DNA of 64,000 bases from an uncultured Gammaproteobacteria bacterium (GTDB taxonomy: Bacteria > Patescibacteriota > Microgenomatia > Levybacterales > UBA12049). A program made the position numbers and the translations under genes. The notes below the pieces were generated by a model. It was not told the DNA's origin, searched no databases, and saw only the letters and a program-made list of their open reading frames with translations. Location of the stretch: contig CAZCYO010000001.1 in assembly GCA_964503265.1 (NCBI GenBank), positions 98,064-162,063 of the forward strand, given 5' to 3'. Positions 59,222 to 64,000 of this stretch are shown piece after piece (positions within the stretch are counted from its first letter, which is position 1; the number at the start of each line of letters is the position of its first letter).

Positions 59222-59665
59222 ATGGAAAATATCCAAATTGAACAAGTTACGTCATTTTCATTAGAGATTGCAGAAAATATTCGTCATCTGGCATCTATTT
59301 TAGATGTCAATCATCAATCGCTTTCTGATAGTGATATTGAAGGAATTGTTTCTTCAGATGCGACGACTTTAATTATTGCTCGAGATATAAAAACAAATAA
59401 TGTGATCGGTATGATTACGCTTGTAACGTATAGAATCCCATATAAAATGAAAGGATGGATGGAAGATTTAGTGGTTGAAGAAGCATATCGTGGAAAAGGA
59501 ATTGCTACTGCATTAATTGAAAAAACAATCGAACTTGCTAGAGAAAAAACAGTCAAATCACTTGATTTTACCTCGCAACCTCATCGAGAAGCCGCAAATA
59601 AATTGTATGGAAAACTTGGATTTCAAAAAAGAGAAACAAATGTTTATAGATTAGTTATAGAATAA
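59222..59665 (+). CDS. GNAT family N-acetyltransferase
   Basis: VEEAYRGKGIATALIEKTIELAREK is the acetyl-CoA-binding motif A. 147 aa. Confidence 0.7.
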   Translation: MENIQIEQVTSFSLEIAENIRHLASILDVNHQSLSDSDIEGIVSSDATTLIIARDIKTNNVIGMITLVTYRIPYKMKGWMEDLVVEEAYRGKGIATALIEKTIELAREKTVKSLDFTSQPHREAANKLYGKLGFQKRETNVYRLVIE

Positions 59666-59670
59666 TTGTT

Positions 59671-60138
59671 ATGAATAAAATTGTTCTTTTTGATATCGAC
59701 CATACACTTTTTGATACCCCTACTTTTAAAGAATCTAATCTAACTAAGTTCCAGAGTTATGAAGAAGCTGCTGATGTATTAACTAGTTTAAAAGACATCG
59801 CAGATCTAGGTATCTATTCAGAAGGTGATGAAACGTTACAAAAAAAGAAGCTACTTGAAATAGGTCTTACTGAACATTTTCTGAAAGAACATCTCCACAT
59901 TTTTGATAAAAAACTCGAACATATCGAGGAAGTTTTTGATTCACATTATAATCAGTTGCTCTATCTTATCGATGATCGTCCTACAATTTTAGCTGCTGTT
60001 AAAAAACATAATCCAGACGTCCATACTATCTGGATTCGTCGGGGGATTTATGTTGACGAATTAGTTGAAGCATTTACTCCAGATAAAACAGTTACAAATC
60101 TTCGTGATATACTTGAATATATTAAAGACTCAAAGTAG
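59671..60138 (+). CDS. Small HAD-superfamily hydrolase-like protein
   Basis: The N-terminal LFDIDHTLFD is HAD motif I (DxDxT). 155 aa. Confidence 0.45.
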   Translation: MNKIVLFDIDHTLFDTPTFKESNLTKFQSYEEAADVLTSLKDIADLGIYSEGDETLQKKKLLEIGLTEHFLKEHLHIFDKKLEHIEEVFDSHYNQLLYLIDDRPTILAAVKKHNPDVHTIWIRRGIYVDELVEAFTPDKTVTNLRDILEYIKDSK

Positions 60139-60194
60139 CAAGCTTCAAGTAAAAATTTCTTGTGACTTGTATCTAGAAGCGTGAAACTAACAAT

Positions 60195-61955
60195 ATGTGT
60201 GGAATATTCGGATACGTTGGAAAAAAAACTAATACAGCTGAGATGGTTCTTGATGGACTTCGGCTTCTTGAATACCGTGGATATGATTCCTGGGGTGTTG
60301 CTGTTAAAACTGGAGATATAATCTCAGTTGATAAACATGTGGGGAAAATTGGTGATGCTCATGTTAATCTACCTGAAAGTACAATTGGCATAGGGCACAC
60401 ACGATGGGCGACACATGGTGGAGTAACTGACAAAAATGCACATCCTCATCTTGACTGTACTCGTGAAGTCGCAGTTATTCATAACGGCATTGTAGAGAAT
60501 TATAGTGAACTTAAAGAAATACTTCTCGCTACTGGGCATACATTTGTTTCTGAGACTGATACTGAAGTAATCGCTCACATGATTGAGGAAAAACTTAAAC
60601 ATGATGATTTTGTAACAGCAGTTCGTGAAACGTTTAATCTTCTTCATGGGCTTAATGCAATTGTTGTTCTCAATACGCTTTCAAGTGAAATTATTGCATG
60701 TAAAAACGGGTCACCATTGGTGGTCGGTGAAGGAGATGGTGAATACTATCTCGCATCTGATGCTTCTGCAATTGTCGAGCATACGAAGAAAGTACTTTTT
60801 CTTAAAGATCAAGAAATGGTAGTACTTGGAGATACTATTTCTCTTTTTAATGTTAAAACTGGTGAAAGCTTATCTATTCCTTTTGAAACAATTGACTGGA
60901 AAATAGAGAATTCTCAGAAAGGTGATTATGAGCACTTTATGCTAAAAGAAATATATGAACAACCACCGATTATTGCAAATATCGCTAACACATTTCAGGA
61001 TCAAATTATTCATTTAGCAGAAGCGATTAAAAAAGCACAAGGAACATTTTTTATAGGAGCTGGAACTGCGTATAATGCCTGTTTAGGTGGAGTGTATCTT
61101 TTTTCAAAAAATGCACATGTTCATATAAATACTGCATTGGCATCAGAGTTTAACTATTTAGAAGATTTTTTAACCGAGAAAAGCCTTGTCATCGCATTAT
61201 CACAGTCAGGTGAAACTATTGATGTTATTGAACCACTCAATCGAGCGAGAGAAAAAGGAAGTACGATTGTCGGAATTGTTAACACACTTGGTTCGTCTAT
61301 TTATCGCATGGCAGACATAAAAATGCTTCTCGGAGCAGGGCCTGAAAAAGCAGTCGCCTCGACGAAAGCATATATCGCTAAGATATCTGTTTTGCTTCTT
61401 CTCTCATATGCGATGAAAAATGAGATTGAAAAAGGGAAGGCCATATTAATTGCAGCTGCAGAAGAATCGGAACGTCTTCTTAAAGCAGAAAATGTCGAAA
61501 AAATTGAACGACTTGCCGATCTTCTTCAAAATCATGAACATTTATATATCGTCGGGCGTGGTGTATCTTATTCTTCAGCAATGGAAGGTGCACTAAAAAT
61601 TAAAGAAGTAAGTTATATTCATACAGAAGGTTTGGCTGGTGGAGAATTAAAACATGGAACTATCGCATTAATTACAAAAGGAACAGCATGTATTGTTTTT
61701 ACTCCTAAAGATGATACATACAATGCGATGCTTTCAAATGCAATGGAAATTAAAGCTCGTGGAGGATTTATTATCGGTGTGGGTCCTAAAAATGAAGAGG
61801 TTTTTGATCACTGGATCGAAGTTCAAGGAAGCGGAGATGGCAGTATCGTTACCCAAACAATTCCACTTCAATTACTTGCATACTTTTTAGCGTTATCAAA
61901 AGGTCTTGACCCAGATAAGCCTCGCAACCTAGCAAAAAGTGTTACCGTTAAATAA
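60195..61955 (+). CDS. glmS: Glutamine--fructose-6-phosphate aminotransferase
   Basis: MCGIFGYVG...LEYRGYDSWGVAV and two SIS domains. Confidence 0.95.
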   Translation: MCGIFGYVGKKTNTAEMVLDGLRLLEYRGYDSWGVAVKTGDIISVDKHVGKIGDAHVNLPESTIGIGHTRWATHGGVTDKNAHPHLDCTREVAVIHNGIVENYSELKEILLATGHTFVSETDTEVIAHMIEEKLKHDDFVTAVRETFNLLHGLNAIVVLNTLSSEIIACKNGSPLVVGEGDGEYYLASDASAIVEHTKKVLFLKDQEMVVLGDTISLFNVKTGESLSIPFETIDWKIENSQKGDYEHFMLKEIYEQPPIIANIANTFQDQIIHLAEAIKKAQGTFFIGAGTAYNACLGGVYLFSKNAHVHINTALASEFNYLEDFLTEKSLVIALSQSGETIDVIEPLNRAREKGSTIVGIVNTLGSSIYRMADIKMLLGAGPEKAVASTKAYIAKISVLLLLSYAMKNEIEKGKAILIAAAEESERLLKAENVEKIERLADLLQNHEHLYIVGRGVSYSSAMEGALKIKEVSYIHTEGLAGGELKHGTIALITKGTACIVFTPKDDTYNAMLSNAMEIKARGGFIIGVGPKNEEVFDHWIEVQGSGDGSIVTQTIPLQLLAYFLALSKGLDPDKPRNLAKSVTVK

Positions 61956-62050
61956 GACTCACGCTCCAATTTTCAATCCTCAAATGTATATATTTATTTA
62001 ACGAATATTGCATGAATGTTAGTTCTTGAGGCATTGAGGCTAGTTTCGGT

Positions 62051-62079
62051 TTGTACATCGTTTTCACATGGAGTATAAT
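62051..62079 (+). promoter_or_regulatory. Sigma70-type promoter TTGTAC-17-TATAAT. The mraY ATG follows 8 nt later, so the mRNA is leaderless.
   Basis: -35 at 62051-62056, a 17-nt spacer, and a perfect TATAAT at 62074-62079. The ATG is at 62087. Confidence 0.5.
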
Positions 62080-62086
62080 AGGGCAT

Positions 62087-63112
62087 ATGGCGTCACAATT
62101 GGGATTTACAATCCTATCATTTTTTATCACGGCTATTTTGCTCGTTCCTTTTATCGATTTTCTTTATAGGATCAAACTTCGACGTCAAAACCAAGTTACA
62201 AAAGATCCATTTAACAACAAAACTCCTGTCTTTGATAAGTATAACTCGTGGAAAGTGGGTACACCTTTTGGCGGTGGAATATTAATTATCCTTGTTGTGA
62301 CAGTACTAACGATGTGGGCGTATGGGATTTTCGGAGTTGCTGTTAAAGGATGGGAATTGTTTGTTATCATGTTCGGATTTATCGGATATGGGATACTTGG
62401 AATGTATGATGATTTCAAAAAATTAGTTAAAAGTACTGGTGGGAATTCGGCATTTTTTGGACTTCGGTTTAGACATAAATTTCTTTTACAGTGGGTTCTG
62501 GCGATAATTATTTCAAGTGTACTCTATTTTCAGCTTGGATATAATTTTATTTTTATTCACGGCTTTGGAGTTGTGGTTAATTTAGGTATTTTATTTATTC
62601 CCTTTGCTGCTTTTGTAATTGTATCTTTTGTTAATGCGACAAATATTACTGATGGACTTGATGGATTAGCATGCGGGTTGTTACTTATCTGTTTAGTCGC
62701 ATTTATGGCAATTAGTCTTCAACAACTAGACCAGACATTGAGTATCTTTATCTCAATTCTTCTTGGATCGATTGCAGCATTTCTCTATTTTAATATTTAT
62801 AAAGCAAGGCTTTGGCTTGGAGATGTTGGATCACTTTCATTAGGTGCGGCATTGGCAGTTACAGGACTGTTAACAGGAAAAACATTAGCACTCGTTGTGA
62901 TTGGTGGAGTATTCGTCATCGAAATTGCATCATCATTAATTCAAATGATGGGTAAGCATTTTCTCGGTCGAAAATTACTTCCAGTTGCACCACTGCATTT
63001 ATATTTTTTAAAAAAAGGATGGGAAGAACCTAAAATTGTTATGCGAGCTTGGTTGATTGGATTTTTCTTTGCAGTACTTGGACTATATATTGCTTTTTCT
63101 CTTCAAGCCTAA
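62087..63112 (+). CDS. mraY: Phospho-N-acetylmuramoyl-pentapeptide-transferase
   Basis: VNATNITDGLDGLA and 10 TM helices. I took the start at 62087 (MASQLGF) because a consensus promoter sits inside the track ORF's 5' extension, which begins at 62051. Confidence 0.85.
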   Translation: MASQLGFTILSFFITAILLVPFIDFLYRIKLRRQNQVTKDPFNNKTPVFDKYNSWKVGTPFGGGILIILVVTVLTMWAYGIFGVAVKGWELFVIMFGFIGYGILGMYDDFKKLVKSTGGNSAFFGLRFRHKFLLQWVLAIIISSVLYFQLGYNFIFIHGFGVVVNLGILFIPFAAFVIVSFVNATNITDGLDGLACGLLLICLVAFMAISLQQLDQTLSIFISILLGSIAAFLYFNIYKARLWLGDVGSLSLGAALAVTGLLTGKTLALVVIGGVFVIEIASSLIQMMGKHFLGRKLLPVAPLHLYFLKKGWEEPKIVMRAWLIGFFFAVLGLYIAFSLQA

Positions 63113-63179
63113 CATCATATTGCTACGTAACCTAACATAGAATATTCATTGATTCTCAGCTACAATAAACTAACTGTTC

Positions 63180-64000
63180 ATGAAGAAAATTGATCTTATT
63201 CTATTATTAAGTGTTACTGGATTTATTGCTTTTGGACTACTGATGATTTACAACGCTTCAAGTGTCATAGCATTTCGTGATTTTAATGGAGATAAATATC
63301 ACTATATAAAAGATCAACTTGTTTGGACAGTGCTAGGGTATACAGGACTTGGATTTTTTTCTGTATTTAATTACAAAAAACTATATACCCTTTCTCTTCC
63401 CCTCTTGATTATTACTATTGGACTTCTTATTGCTGTATTTATTCCAGGACTTGGAGCTGGATCAATTCTTGGTGCACATCGGTGGATTAATCTAGGTTTT
63501 ACCACACTTCAGCCTGCGGAACTTGTAAAATTGTTTCTTGCAATCTATTTAGCAGCCTGGTTTTCGTATAAAGAGAAAAATAGACTTCCTGCATTTTTAC
63601 TACTTATTGGCTTTGTCATTTTTTTAGTTATGATGCAGCCGGATCTTGGGACCGCGACAATTATTCTTTTTGAAGCGATTGTACTTTATTTTTTGTCGGG
63701 TGGAGAAGTAATTTATTTTATGATTGGTGCACCGATTATTGCTATTGGTGGTTTTATTCTTGTTAAAATTGAACCATATAGAGCAGCTCGACTAACGACA
63801 TTTTTAAATATCCAAAAAGCACTAGAAATTGGAGCCGAGGCATCAGATCCCGCATTATGGCATATTCGACAAATACTTATAGCACTCGGCTCTGGAGGGA
63901 TTTTTGGAGTGGGACTTGGAAATTCTCTTCAGAAATACGCATATCTTCCAGAAAACGTGACAGACTCAATATTTCCAATTATTGCTGAAGAATTAGGATT
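63180..64000 (+). CDS. ftsW: SEDS-family peptidoglycan glycosyltransferase FtsW/RodA; partial, running off the window end
   Basis: MKKIDLILLLSVTGFIAFGLLMIYNASSV...GAHRWINLGFTTLQPAELVK matches the FtsW/RodA N-terminal region. It follows mraY. Confidence 0.75.
   Translation, partial: MKKIDLILLLSVTGFIAFGLLMIYNASSVIAFRDFNGDKYHYIKDQLVWTVLGYTGLGFFSVFNYKKLYTLSLPLLIITIGLLIAVFIPGLGAGSILGAHRWINLGFTTLQPAELVKLFLAIYLAAWFSYKEKNRLPAFLLLIGFVIFLVMMQPDLGTATIILFEAIVLYFLSGGEVIYFMIGAPIIAIGGFILVKIEPYRAARLTTFLNIQKALEIGAEASDPALWHIRQILIALGSGGIFGVGLGNSLQKYAYLPENVTDSIFPIIAEELG

Noticed and set aside
62051-62086. The track start codon for mraY at 62051.
   Set aside because: A near-consensus TTGTAC-17-TATAAT promoter occupies exactly this stretch. 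The downstream ATG at 62087 gives a normal MraY N-terminus as a leaderless transcript.
1-64000. A search for CRISPR arrays, rRNA or tRNA genes, transposases or integrases, and alternative-code (UGA-recoded) genes.
   Set aside because: There are no spaced repeat arrays, no structured-RNA-like intergenic regions, and no transposase or integrase motifs. Long ORFs are intact under the standard genetic code.

Overview
This 64-kb window is low in GC (about 33%), almost entirely on one strand, and tightly packed. None of the gene starts has a recognisable Shine-Dalgarno motif. Several proteins are reduced in domain content: RecO is short, MurE lacks its N-terminal domain, and GlmU lacks its acetyltransferase domain. 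Together this looks like a small-genome bacterium, possibly from the CPR/Patescibacteria lineage; that assignment is my inference.

The window splits into two parts:
- **Positions 1-45505:** a very large glycosylation and cell-surface polysaccharide locus. It contains about 15 Leloir-type glycosyltransferases (GT2 and GT4), plus one truncated GT4 remnant. There are seven or eight large polytopic membrane proteins that are probably GT-C-type enzymes: two ArnT/PMT-like, four YfhO-like (two of them a tandem pair), and one Wzy_C/O-antigen-ligase fusion. There is also a Wzx-like flippase, a PglC/WbaP-type initiating sugar-phosphate transferase, and a GtrB/ArnC-like polyprenyl-phosphate glycosyltransferase. 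Nucleotide-sugar enzymes present are GalE, RfbF, a UXS/ArnA-like decarboxylase, Ugd, an Fcl/ColC-like epimerase-reductase, an RmlD-like reductase, ManC, and a ColD/E1-type sugar 3-dehydratase. The locus also encodes two SAM methyltransferases and one hexapeptide acetyltransferase.
- **Positions 45611-64000:** housekeeping genes recO and glyQS, a small island of roughly 50% GC with its own SD motif and intrinsic terminator, and then a non-canonical division/cell-wall cluster. The cluster order is mraZ, rsmH, ftsL, ftsI, three inserted genes, a short murE, pgeF, murC, murA, a glmU uridyltransferase-only gene, a GNAT, a HAD protein, glmS, mraY and ftsW.

Five things stand out:
- the sheer density of lipid-carrier-dependent extracytoplasmic glycosylation machinery;
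- a DegT-family enzyme in which the PLP-binding lysine is replaced by histidine, which marks it as a dehydratase rather than an aminotransferase;
- a 1017-aa ligase fusion that could be a protein O-oligosaccharyltransferase;
- the foreign-looking GC-rich insert immediately upstream of the mraZ promoter;
- a UDP-GlcNAc synthesis module split into separate uridyltransferase and GNAT genes.

No rRNA, tRNA or CRISPR array was found.
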